From IMG/VR virus record IMGVR_UViG_3300032294_001352, positions 23,877 to 87,876 of that record: 64,000 bases of DNA; one strand, 5' to 3'. The notes beneath the pieces were generated by a model that saw only the letters and a list, made by a program, of their open reading frames with translations, searched no databases and was not told where the DNA came from. The first letter of the stretch is position 1. Each line of letters opens with the position of its first letter. A program made the position numbers and the translations under genes. Of this stretch, positions 56,226 through 64,000 are shown piece by piece. The DNA is from a virus.

Positions 56226-56669
56226 TTAAAACAAGTAAAACTTTGCAGGATCTTGGTTGAAGTAGAGCAGCGTTTCCTGTGCCGCACTCTCCCATCCATA
56301 GCAGACCACAGCACGCCAGCCGGATTGCTGAAAGCGCGCCTGCCACCGTGTCTGCTCCTTACTCGCTCGATTGGTTCCCACCTTTAACTCAATGGCCAAT
56401 CCCACGTACCGTGTTGGTGCAACGCACTTGTTGGCACTCAGATACAATGCCGCACTCTTGTCATCCATCGGCACTGCTGATGGCACAGGGATCAAGATGT
56501 CTGGTACACCAGCCTTAACACCCTGTGCTTTGAGTTGTGCAGCCACCGTGATATGGCGATGGCCACCGTTGGGCACATGGAATGCCCACGCTACTTCTGG
56601 TACGCTTCCAGCGATATGTGCGTAGAAGCGAAAGAGATTCGTCTGTGCAACACCTTCTAATTGCCGCAT
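56226..56669 (-). CDS. VRR-NUC domain nuclease
   Basis: FHVPNGG...GVKAGVPD...IELK...Q..W. Confidence 0.85.
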   Translation of the reverse strand: MRQLEGVAQTNLFRFYAHIAGSVPEVAWAFHVPNGGHRHITVAAQLKAQGVKAGVPDILIPVPSAVPMDDKSAALYLSANKCVAPTRYVGLAIELKVGTNRASKEQTRWQARFQQSGWRAVVCYGWESAAQETLLYFNQDPAKFYLF

Positions 56670-56674
56670 GGCCG

Positions 56675-56896
56675 TTACTCACTCTTTGGTGATGTTTCGG
56701 TATTCAAGTTGGGCAGTGACGGAATCCCATCTGGGCGCTGAGCAGATCGCTGAATAAAGTCAATGATTGCGTTGTTGACCACCATTGACTTGTTGGTCGC
56801 CCACCCATTCTTGCATTGCCGCTCAACAAACGTGTTCAGCATCTCAATGCACTCTTTTGTTACCGTGACAGATAGCACCTCTCGTTGACGTGGCAT
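56675..56896 (-). CDS. RHH-like DNA-binding protein
   Basis: LSVTV...L......NKSMVVNNAI. Confidence 0.55.
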   Translation of the reverse strand: MPRQREVLSVTVTKECIEMLNTFVERQCKNGWATNKSMVVNNAIIDFIQRSAQRPDGIPSLPNLNTETSPKSE

Positions 56897-56899
56897 GTG

Positions 56900-57331
56900 T
56901 TACTCCTTATCTTCTTCTAGTGCTGACTGCACATAGTGCAGCGCACGCGCTAACGCATCAATTTGGTTCTGGTGATCCTGAATCTGTTGTTGAAGCACAT
57001 GCCGCAGTCGCTTCTTTGCGTCAATCTCCGTACCACCAGACGCAGTCACAGTCCATGACTCTGACTTGACTGGATCTTCCACGGCTACCGTGGCGATGTG
57101 AAGTGAAGTAGTGGCGTTTGCTGCCTTTGCAGCGCGACGCACAATCTCACTGAGTGGAATTAAGTGCGTGACATCTTTGACGTGTACAGTCATCGTAAGA
57201 TCCCATTCATTGTTGACACAGGTACAAAAGTTACTGCACTCACCACACAGATTGCAGTTGCACCACATAATATGAATGCCGCATGTTTCACACGGCCAGT
57301 CATTGTCATATGGTCCGTGTAGTTCTTCCAT
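56900..57331 (-). CDS. Hypothetical protein with a Cys-rich N-terminus
   Basis: CETC...CNCNLCGECSNFCTC; start uncertain. Confidence 0.45.
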   Translation of the reverse strand: MEELHGPYDNDWPCETCGIHIMWCNCNLCGECSNFCTCVNNEWDLTMTVHVKDVTHLIPLSEIVRRAAKAANATTSLHIATVAVEDPVKSESWTVTASGGTEIDAKKRLRHVLQQQIQDHQNQIDALARALHYVQSALEEDKE

Positions 57332-57393
57332 GTGCGTGTGCTCCGTGGAAGCGTGGGGAGTGCGTTGCACACTCCCCACAATCCGCTCCGTGC

Positions 57394-57951
57394 TTACCAG
57401 CCGTACTTTCGATTGATTGACTCCATGGTGCCAGACATCTTGTTGGCCAGTGAACCGGCTTCTTTGAGTTTCTCAGTTGACGTAGCAAAATCTCCACGCG
57501 CCATTGCTCGGAACGCATCCTCAGTAACGTCTAAGACTTCAGCAACGCGCTCATGGATGCTCATTGCATCATCATCACAGATGGGTGCCGCAACAGCCGT
57601 GTACATCAACTTCACATCCTCAAAACGCTTGTAGGCAGTCACCAAGTCAGCATTGGCCACCATCTGCATTGATTCCGTGAGTGCATTGATAACCACCATT
57701 GTGTCAGTCTTCCATGCATACACGTCATCCTTACACGCAGCAAACGTGTCTACGGTTGGCCGTGGCTTGACCGTTGGGCGCTCCGTTGGTTGCTCCGTCG
57801 GCATGACGGCCACTTCTGCTGCCTGATCAGCCACCGTGGATGAATTGTTGGTTGCTGAACTTGGACCACCAACTGCACGCACGATCACACCCAACAAACA
57901 ACATGACACCAGCACCAATCCCACAATTCCCCACTTCAATCCCTTACGCAT
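57394..57951 (-). CDS. Membrane-anchored/exported protein
   Basis: N-terminal TM, PT linker, helical domain; minus-strand TTGACA...TATGAT promoter at about 58029-58000. Confidence 0.65.
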   Translation of the reverse strand: MRKGLKWGIVGLVLVSCCLLGVIVRAVGGPSSATNNSSTVADQAAEVAVMPTEQPTERPTVKPRPTVDTFAACKDDVYAWKTDTMVVINALTESMQMVANADLVTAYKRFEDVKLMYTAVAAPICDDDAMSIHERVAEVLDVTEDAFRAMARGDFATSTEKLKEAGSLANKMSGTMESINRKYGW

Positions 57952-58267
57952 CGGTTTCTCCCTGCACACTGGTGTGTGCCTAAATCATCAACCCATGCGT
58001 ATCATACACTGTATGACAAAATATGTCAAATGCAAATGACACAAAAAACGCAGGATCTATCTGCGTGTGTTGCTCAGCCTCAGATTTGCACTTTTTGCAC
58101 ACGTTTTGCGATTATTGCAAAAATTGCGATTATTGCAAAACCCTTCCCCCCCTTACTCCTTTTTCTCTCCCCATCCCTTTAAAAAACCCTGCCCCACTCT
58201 TTTTCCTCGATCCCCCCCAACCCCCCACGGAGAGTGTACACTCTCCGTGGCCACGTTGTCAAATCAC

Positions 58268-58996
58268 CTACAATGCTGGTTGCATGATGTTTGCTTGTAA
58301 TCGCGCCTCAGCAGCCTCAACACCACGCACTGCCGCACGCTCTTCCCAGAGCAAGAATCTCCGTTGCGCTTCAAGATCACGCACATTTGTCACAGCACCT
58401 TGTCGTGTATATCGAATGATTGCCTCATCAATATCTCTGATAAGATTCCGCGCTCGCTGTGCTTTTAGGTGACTATCATATAATAACTTAATGGTTTCTG
58501 ATGCAATACGAGTTGGCACTGGTTCAAACGTATGCGTGTATGGAGTGTTAGACATGCGATTAGAAAATCGCACTTGACCAGATGCAAACATATCTGCTTC
58601 CCTATTCATCATGTCTACGGTAGTACGATTAAGGCCATTTGGATTTGCCGCCTCACGACGCAAGGTATCACTCAATGTGAGAATGGCTTGTGATGGATTC
58701 ACGCTTGGTGGAATATCAGTTCGCTCTCTCGTATATTCATCTCGTTGTTCACGATCAAAATCACGCATTGCCGCATACATGTCAGCATCCTGCACATTCT
58801 TCAAGAGAGTACCAACAAAGTTAGGAAAACCGGCTGCACGCAGTTCACGGATTGTTTCATTGACATCTGGCATGTCATTTTGTTTGGTTGGTGCTCCAAG
58901 TGGTACTGGTTCTGCTAGTGGTTGCGATGCAGTTGGTGCTGTAGGTGTTGCTGCACTTACGCCACCTGATCCTGCTTTCTTTCGATTGCGCCCCAT
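58268..58996 (-). CDS. MGRNR-tag protein 6
   Basis: MGRNRKKAGSGGV; GGAG RBS. Confidence 0.75.
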   Translation of the reverse strand: MGRNRKKAGSGGVSAATPTAPTASQPLAEPVPLGAPTKQNDMPDVNETIRELRAAGFPNFVGTLLKNVQDADMYAAMRDFDREQRDEYTRERTDIPPSVNPSQAILTLSDTLRREAANPNGLNRTTVDMMNREADMFASGQVRFSNRMSNTPYTHTFEPVPTRIASETIKLLYDSHLKAQRARNLIRDIDEAIIRYTRQGAVTNVRDLEAQRRFLLWEERAAVRGVEAAEARLQANIMQPAL

Positions 58997-59167
58997 GGTT
59001 AATCTCCATATCACTTAGGCCATTTGTCATCATTGTATAGGTATCATCAAGAGCAAGTGCGTAAAACCACTGATGCACCAGACTACTTGCGTAATCCAGT
59101 GCATCAGTGGAGGCTGACGTGCAAGGGGGAAACCTTGATGTCACTACCATCATAGCACAAATTGCCG

Positions 59168-60334
59168 CTATCGGTTATAAATAGGAATCTGAAGTGAACC
59201 AATATTGGTTGGGATTTGACTGGCCAAATAGTTGGCCTCACGTCGTTCTGGCGTGTCTGGCAATCTTGCATTTAGGTTGCGTTTTCCACGCTCAATTCGC
59301 TGCATGGTCTTTGCACGCACTTGGCGCATCCGTTGTTGCTCAATTTGCAACGCCATAAAGTTTGCCGCAGTTAAAGGCCTATTCATGAGTGCAAAGTTGC
59401 GTTTAATTTGGTCGTCAATTCCGTTAAGCAACCGGAGTGCGCCATTGAAATCTCTCATATCCTGTGGTCCACGTAACTCAGAAACGGTGATGTTTCGCTT
59501 CTGGTTCGCATAGCCATCACGCTGTGCGTACAGTGCAACACGATCCATTGGCTGTGGAAGTACGCCACCAGCAGCCGTGTATGCTTGCCGCATTCGATCA
59601 ACGTCACGGAGATTGCTTGTGATTTGATTCCACTGATCTTGGAGTGTTTTCATGGCCTGCCAATTCTCACGAGTAGGATTGGCAATGTACGTCTGCTGTG
59701 CATCCACTAAGAAGTGTGCCGCAGGTAAAAATGATTGGTTGTAGGCAATACTTGGATATGCATCTACCGTCTGCTTTTTGAATCCGGTGTTTGATTTCCA
59801 CCGTGCCATTGCGTTGTCAGGATCGGGGAAATCAATGGTATACGTAGGATTTTCAAACGGACCACCAGATGCGTTGAGGAAATACTCATTGCCACTTGAA
59901 TCGCGGATAGGAATGATGGTAAGGCCTTTGTTACGCATCAGTGCAGCAGCACGCGAGAGTTCCATCTCAGGTGCTGGATTGGCCAAGGCCTTGGGAATCT
60001 CATCACCCATGAGGCGCACGTACTCATCTGCCGCACGGCCAATGCGTTCCCAATCAAACTCACCATCAGCGTCACGCATCTGATCGGTGCTAATGGTGGT
60101 GCGTACACCGTCAATGTCTACGTCAAATGACGTGGATGAATAGTCATACTCTTCAGCATCACCACGATCTATTCCACGGATGTACGGTATAACCGTCATC
60201 TGACGGCCATCTGGCAATCGTTTACTGATGCCACCTGCTTCAGAAGCAGTTTGATTGAAATCCCATGGGATAGATTGTACTGACTGAGCAACAATCACCT
60301 CACCAGTTCCTGCTTTGCGTCGATTACGGCCCAT
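59168..60334 (-). CDS. MGRNR-tag protein 7
   Basis: MGRNRRKAGTGEV; TAAGGAG RBS. Confidence 0.8.
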   Translation of the reverse strand: MGRNRRKAGTGEVIVAQSVQSIPWDFNQTASEAGGISKRLPDGRQMTVIPYIRGIDRGDAEEYDYSSTSFDVDIDGVRTTISTDQMRDADGEFDWERIGRAADEYVRLMGDEIPKALANPAPEMELSRAAALMRNKGLTIIPIRDSSGNEYFLNASGGPFENPTYTIDFPDPDNAMARWKSNTGFKKQTVDAYPSIAYNQSFLPAAHFLVDAQQTYIANPTRENWQAMKTLQDQWNQITSNLRDVDRMRQAYTAAGGVLPQPMDRVALYAQRDGYANQKRNITVSELRGPQDMRDFNGALRLLNGIDDQIKRNFALMNRPLTAANFMALQIEQQRMRQVRAKTMQRIERGKRNLNARLPDTPERREANYLASQIPTNIGSLQIPIYNR

Positions 60335-60440
60335 ACGCGTATCTCCTTACTTGCTCACTATTTGTATCATACAAGACACAACAAGCGCTCCTGAGAGCGC
60401 CTGTGCGTGCCTATGTGGTTGTGGGTGATTGTGACGTGTG

Positions 60441-60701
60441 CTATCCGAGGATAGAGTCACGCCAACGCTCCACACGGACATCTTCCACCAAGTCCACGTC
60501 ACCACGCGCCACTTCCTCACCAGTGGCAACACTAGTGGCTACCCATGAGAATTGCCAGTGAGCGTAGCCGTTGTAGGTGAACACGGCCAACGTGGCCTGT
60601 GCACCAATGTAACTGGTGTATGATGGCATGATCATGCCAAACTCACGGATGACCACACCGTCAAGACCAATCACTTTTACGAGAATCTTGTTCATGGGCA
60701 A
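60441..60701 (-). CDS. Hypothetical protein
   Basis: TAAGGAG RBS; likely start ATG 60695. Confidence 0.6.
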   Translation of the reverse strand: MPMNKILVKVIGLDGVVIREFGMIMPSYTSYIGAQATLAVFTYNGYAHWQFSWVATSVATGEEVARGDVDLVEDVRVERWRDSILG

Positions 60702-60760
60702 CTCCTTACTGAATTAACTCTATGTCAGTCATTATAATGCAAACTATATACTTTTGTCAA
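60702..60760 (-). promoter_or_regulatory. Repeated phage promoter with leader
   Basis: Near-identical to the 46591 copy (TTGACAAAAGTATATAGTTTGCATTATAATGACTGACATAGAGTT). Confidence 0.85.
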
Positions 60761-61017
60761 GTAGCATTTTGTGTCATTCCAAGCAACACGTCACGCGTGG
60801 ATATGAAAATGGTTTCCATGGTTGCGTTGTTGAACCGCTGCGTGATCCACTGGCCGTCAATGCATCGAACCATCACGATGGCCAACACATTGTCATGGTG
60901 ACGTGCTTCATACGCAAAGGGATTGTCGCCATTGACAATCCCACGCGCAAACGTTGCTCCGTGAAATCCATGCTGTTGCGTGATCGCCAGATTCAGCCGG
61001 AACTCTAACTCAGTCAT
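60757..61017 (-). CDS. Hypothetical protein
   Basis: Coupled TAATG junction. Confidence 0.55.
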   Translation of the reverse strand: MTELEFRLNLAITQQHGFHGATFARGIVNGDNPFAYEARHHDNVLAIVMVRCIDGQWITQRFNNATMETIFISTRDVLLGMTQNAT

Positions 61018-61355
61018 TACTTGGCCTCTTTTTTGGCAGCGTCTTTGGCACGCTGTTGGCAGTGCTTCATAAAGATGATACCGTCAGCAATCACACGCGC
61101 CACGTCATCACTGATGACATCCATGACAATACCGTCAATGTCACCAGTCACCATGTTGATGGTGCCACGCATCGTGCCAGCACTGACACCACGGAAGCCA
61201 CCAACCACCACGGTAGCGTTGTCAACGCCAGCAGGAACAAACGCACGCACGCTCACGCTCACCTTGTTATCCTGCATGGTCATATCCACGCGGATAATCT
61301 GATTGATGATGCGCCCATTGGCGCGGACCACGTCATGTGAGAAAAACATAGGCAA
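61017..61355 (-). CDS. Hypothetical protein
   Basis: AAGGAG RBS after the promoter. Confidence 0.6.
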   Translation of the reverse strand: MPMFFSHDVVRANGRIINQIIRVDMTMQDNKVSVSVRAFVPAGVDNATVVVGGFRGVSAGTMRGTINMVTGDIDGIVMDVISDDVARVIADGIIFMKHCQQRAKDAAKKEAK

Positions 61356-61414
61356 CTCCTTGCTTGTAAAATCAACCTAGGAGCATTCTAGCACGAAACT
61401 ATATACTTTGTCAA
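61356..61414 (-). promoter_or_regulatory. Repeated phage promoter with leader
   Basis: TTGACA-AAGTATATAGTTT...TAGAAT...AGGTTGATT...AAGGAG. Confidence 0.8.
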
Positions 61415-61562
61415 ATTGAATATTGCATTTGATATAACACATAGAACCAGCAGGATTGGTCAGATCCTGCCTAGCGTTGCACTATGGAGCGTTGAAGAGG
61501 AAATTGGGGTATTCATGTACACAGATCTTCTGTGCGATTCCAGTATAGCAAAAAACTGCTAT

Positions 61563-61620
61563 TTGACAAAGCGTCATACATACTATATAATTCTTCCTAG
61601 GTTGATGATTCAGTAAGGAG
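61563..61620 (+). promoter_or_regulatory. Promoter with the AGGTTGAT leader
   Basis: TTGACA-17 nt-TATAAT...TAGGTTGAT...TAAGGAG. Confidence 0.75.
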
Positions 61621-61626
61621 CGACAG

Positions 61627-61839
61627 ATGAGCAACGACAACGCGTGGATTGAGTGGAATGACATGATGGCCAACCAGCCAGCAGAGCAACCGGTGGAAGT
61701 GCCTCAGGATGTGCTTGACGGACACAACATTCCGGTAGAGATCTCTGGTGACGCACCAGTGGCTGATGATGACGCTGCTGACGTGGATTGGGATGACGCT
61801 GCGTTTGATGCATTCTTTCGAGCAAAGGGGGGCAAATAA
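61627..61839 (+). CDS. Small, highly acidic protein
   Basis: 70 aa, D/E-rich with aromatic residues. Confidence 0.65.
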   Translation: MSNDNAWIEWNDMMANQPAEQPVEVPQDVLDGHNIPVEISGDAPVADDDAADVDWDDAAFDAFFRAKGGK

Positions 61840-62232
61840 ATGAACACGAAACCATCACATGACATCTACACAGACGGCCGGTACTGCATGAGTCTGTGGG
61901 AGGCAACACCGGCCCAAATCCGCACCTGCATTTTCGATCTCACTGAGTTCAGTGATGACATTGTGGCCAAAGTGGCTGACACTGACGAAGTGGTAGACGC
62001 GCTCTCCAACTATGGCGATGACTGGGAAGACTGTGAGCAGGATCACAACTACGTTGGTGGGGATAAGTATCCCGATCCTTTGGATTCCATTGGAAGCCTC
62101 CGTGATGATGATGACGGTGAGTTCTTCATGGATGACTTGGCCTTTGACGGAGATGCGTTGGAGTTCGCTGATCAGGCCTACAAGGCAGCGCGTGAAACGC
62201 AGACGTTCAAGACACCGGCTGACTTCCGCTAG
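61840..62232 (+). CDS. Highly acidic protein
   Basis: 130 aa, D/E-rich. Confidence 0.65.
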   Translation: MNTKPSHDIYTDGRYCMSLWEATPAQIRTCIFDLTEFSDDIVAKVADTDEVVDALSNYGDDWEDCEQDHNYVGGDKYPDPLDSIGSLRDDDDGEFFMDDLAFDGDALEFADQAYKAARETQTFKTPADFR

Positions 62233-62242
62233 GATTGATCTC

Positions 62243-62276
62243 AAATCCCCCACCAGATAGTCTGGTGGGGGATTTT
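62243..62276. terminator. Bidirectional terminator
   Basis: AAATCCCCCACCAGA/TCTGGTGGGGGATTT. Confidence 0.75.
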
Positions 62277-62282
62277 GTGTGC

Positions 62283-62465
62283 CTACTTCTTGCGTGGCTG
62301 CTTGGCCATCATATCCTGAATATCCTTAACACTCACATGGTCACGCACAGACTTTTCTGATGACACGTTGCGCATCAGTGGTGGACCATCCAACGTCACG
62401 TACTTCTGCTTAGCCCCACTCTTACCAGTCTTGCTCGCCTTACTTGGCTTCTTGTTGTCCGTCAT
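62283..62465 (-). CDS. Small basic protein
   Basis: AAAGGAG RBS before ATG 62465. Confidence 0.55.
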   Translation of the reverse strand: MTDNKKPSKASKTGKSGAKQKYVTLDGPPLMRNVSSEKSVRDHVSVKDIQDMMAKQPRKK

Positions 62466-62639
62466 GCGATCGCTCCTTTCTAGTGCCGCATTCATTCTAC
62501 CATGGTATATAAAAAACATATATTCCGTTGCAATTATTGCAAAAACGGTATATAGTTTTCCCATATTCAGTTGCACTTTTTGCAAAAACAGTATATAGTT
62601 TGGCAATATTCCGTTGCAAAAAATGCAAAGGCTTTGCGA

Positions 62640-63263
62640 TTATTGCAATTCCGCATTAGGAAGCCGTGAAAATGCACCCATCCAAAGCGTGTCATAATCC
62701 ATCCGAACTTGGTTGGCCATGTGCAGTGAGATGGCTGCCAGTACGCTCTCTCGCTTAGCCTCATGCAGTGTTTTCGCCGTGCCGCTTACCTGATGCTTGG
62801 TATCCATCACGGTAATCCAGTACCACTGGATCTGTGACTGCACGACAAAGCATCGACCAACATCAGGGATGTACATCTCACTCCACTGTGCATCAAGTAT
62901 GCTAGGGAATGTAAGAGATAGAAAGTTGTTGGTACTGATTCCCCACTTCTTTTCTACCAGATTGGCCACATATGCCACACCAACCGTAAGTGCATCTTTC
63001 CCCAGAAAGCGCATCAACGCATGTTCCATCAACTCACGCATTTCCGCTGCTGACTGATTCTCTGATGTGGCCACAATCTTGTCTATCAGATGGTCTTTCC
63101 GATCAACCATTTCCGCAGTAGTGCTAGACACAATCTCGCCTGTCCATATGTCTTGATGCTCAGCATATTGGTAGACGTGCAGCGTGTATCCTGCCACGGT
63201 GGCTATCCAATACTGAGGAAACACTTCCTGCCAGTTGAACCGGTAACTGAATGCTGGTGTCAT
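62640..63263 (-). CDS. Hypothetical protein
   Basis: 207 aa; ATGA overlap. Confidence 0.6.
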   Translation of the reverse strand: MTPAFSYRFNWQEVFPQYWIATVAGYTLHVYQYAEHQDIWTGEIVSSTTAEMVDRKDHLIDKIVATSENQSAAEMRELMEHALMRFLGKDALTVGVAYVANLVEKKWGISTNNFLSLTFPSILDAQWSEMYIPDVGRCFVVQSQIQWYWITVMDTKHQVSGTAKTLHEAKRESVLAAISLHMANQVRMDYDTLWMGAFSRLPNAELQ

Positions 63264-63508
63264 TGATGCTCTCCATATAGCCTACGTGCATACTGGTAGA
63301 TTTCTTGCATGTGCGGAGTGAGATAGTGCCACTTGTAATGTGCAGGATAGGTTATCGTGCCGCCATTCGGGTGTGGTTCCTCAATCATGGCTTCCCACAT
63401 ACCATCAGCCGTATAGATTGGTGAACCACGCTTCCATGACGTACAGAGTGCCTGTACCATGGCCGTGGCCATCTCTTCAATGAATACGCTAGATGATGAT
63501 GTAATCAT
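63260..63508 (-). CDS. Hypothetical protein
   Basis: 82 aa; ATGA overlap. Confidence 0.55.
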   Translation of the reverse strand: MITSSSSVFIEEMATAMVQALCTSWKRGSPIYTADGMWEAMIEEPHPNGGTITYPAHYKWHYLTPHMQEIYQYARRLYGEHQ

Positions 63509-64000
63509 TCATCGGCCTCTTTGAGTGCATCCCATGATACTCCGTAGTGTCGTGAGCAAATGTGGTCAAGCACTGCCGCATACTGACGGATCTCTCGTTG
63601 TGCATCCGGCTTGTTGCGGAGGCGCACAAAATGGTACAAGGCCTGCTCTGTGGCAGTCCACATGAACCGAGTGTACAGACTCATAGGCAGAATCGTGCGT
63701 GCCTGCTCTTTGGCTATCCCTGCCGCAATCATTCGCTGGTACATGGTGGTCAGTGACTCCACAGCACCAATGGCCCAGCCTCGATAGTACTCAGAGTCGT
63801 CACTCACGGTATCCGTTGATCCTTGTTTGCTGCTCTTGGATTGCATGTAGAACGCAGGTGGTATGTAGAACTTGTCGTACTCCACATACCTGCCGCTTAT
63901 CTCGTTCCATCCGGTATCCACAAACGAGTATGGACCACCGACCACATGCTTGTACCACTGGCGCGCAACGAACTCAGGGCACTGCACGATGATACTGATA
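63505..64000 (-). CDS. thyX: Flavin-dependent thymidylate synthase (5' end lies outside the window)
   Basis: PEFVARQW.KH...NEISGRY...AKEQARTILP...LR....AQREI. Confidence 0.9.
   Translation of the reverse strand, partial: ISIIVQCPEFVARQWYKHVVGGPYSFVDTGWNEISGRYVEYDKFYIPPAFYMQSKSSKQGSTDTVSDDSEYYRGWAIGAVESLTTMYQRMIAAGIAKEQARTILPMSLYTRFMWTATEQALYHFVRLRNKPDAQREIRQYAAVLDHICSRHYGVSWDALKEADE

Noticed and set aside
58023-58472. Cys-rich + strand ORFs at 58023 and 58067
   Set aside because: They are translations of the TTGCGATTATTGCAA repeats and the C-tract, not credible proteins.
1-64000. Stop-codon reassignment (TAG read as sense)
   Set aside because: Long conserved genes are intact in code 11, TAG terminates genes at expected positions, and no suppressor tRNA is evident.

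Overview
This window is part of a tailed dsDNA phage (siphovirus-like, standard genetic code). The host is inferred to be Chloroflexota, from the DnaN sequence style and the PT-rich proteins. It contains a tail module (tube, frameshifted chaperone, tape measure, giant Dit, Tal-like protein, three C1q-like proteins) and an antisense block of low-complexity basic proteins. It also has TerS far from TerL/portal, an endolysin, and a replication module (Sak/Rad52, initiator, DnaC-like loader, beta clamp). DNA-modification and accessory genes include a TAGT/GREB1-like glycosyltransferase, a Mom-like GNAT, a ParB-DUF4417 fusion, a multi-TRD C5 methyltransferase, dcd, thyX, dps and an Rpf-like protein. 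Several small-gene islands are driven by a repeated sigma70-type promoter. No major capsid, prohead protease, integrase or DNA polymerase gene is visible in the window. The most unusual observations are: (1) seven scattered proteins share an N-terminal tag MGRNR[KR]K[AS]G fused to different effector-like cargo; (2) the heptamer TGCSGCA occurs about 155 times by hand count (about 8 expected) but is missing from the promoter-driven islands; (3) two tandem miniature tmRNA/tRNA-like RNAs. Observations 1 and 2, together with the ParB-DUF4417 protein, may form one undescribed protein-on-DNA delivery or marking system; this is a hypothesis. All family calls come from motif recognition by eye, not from database searches.
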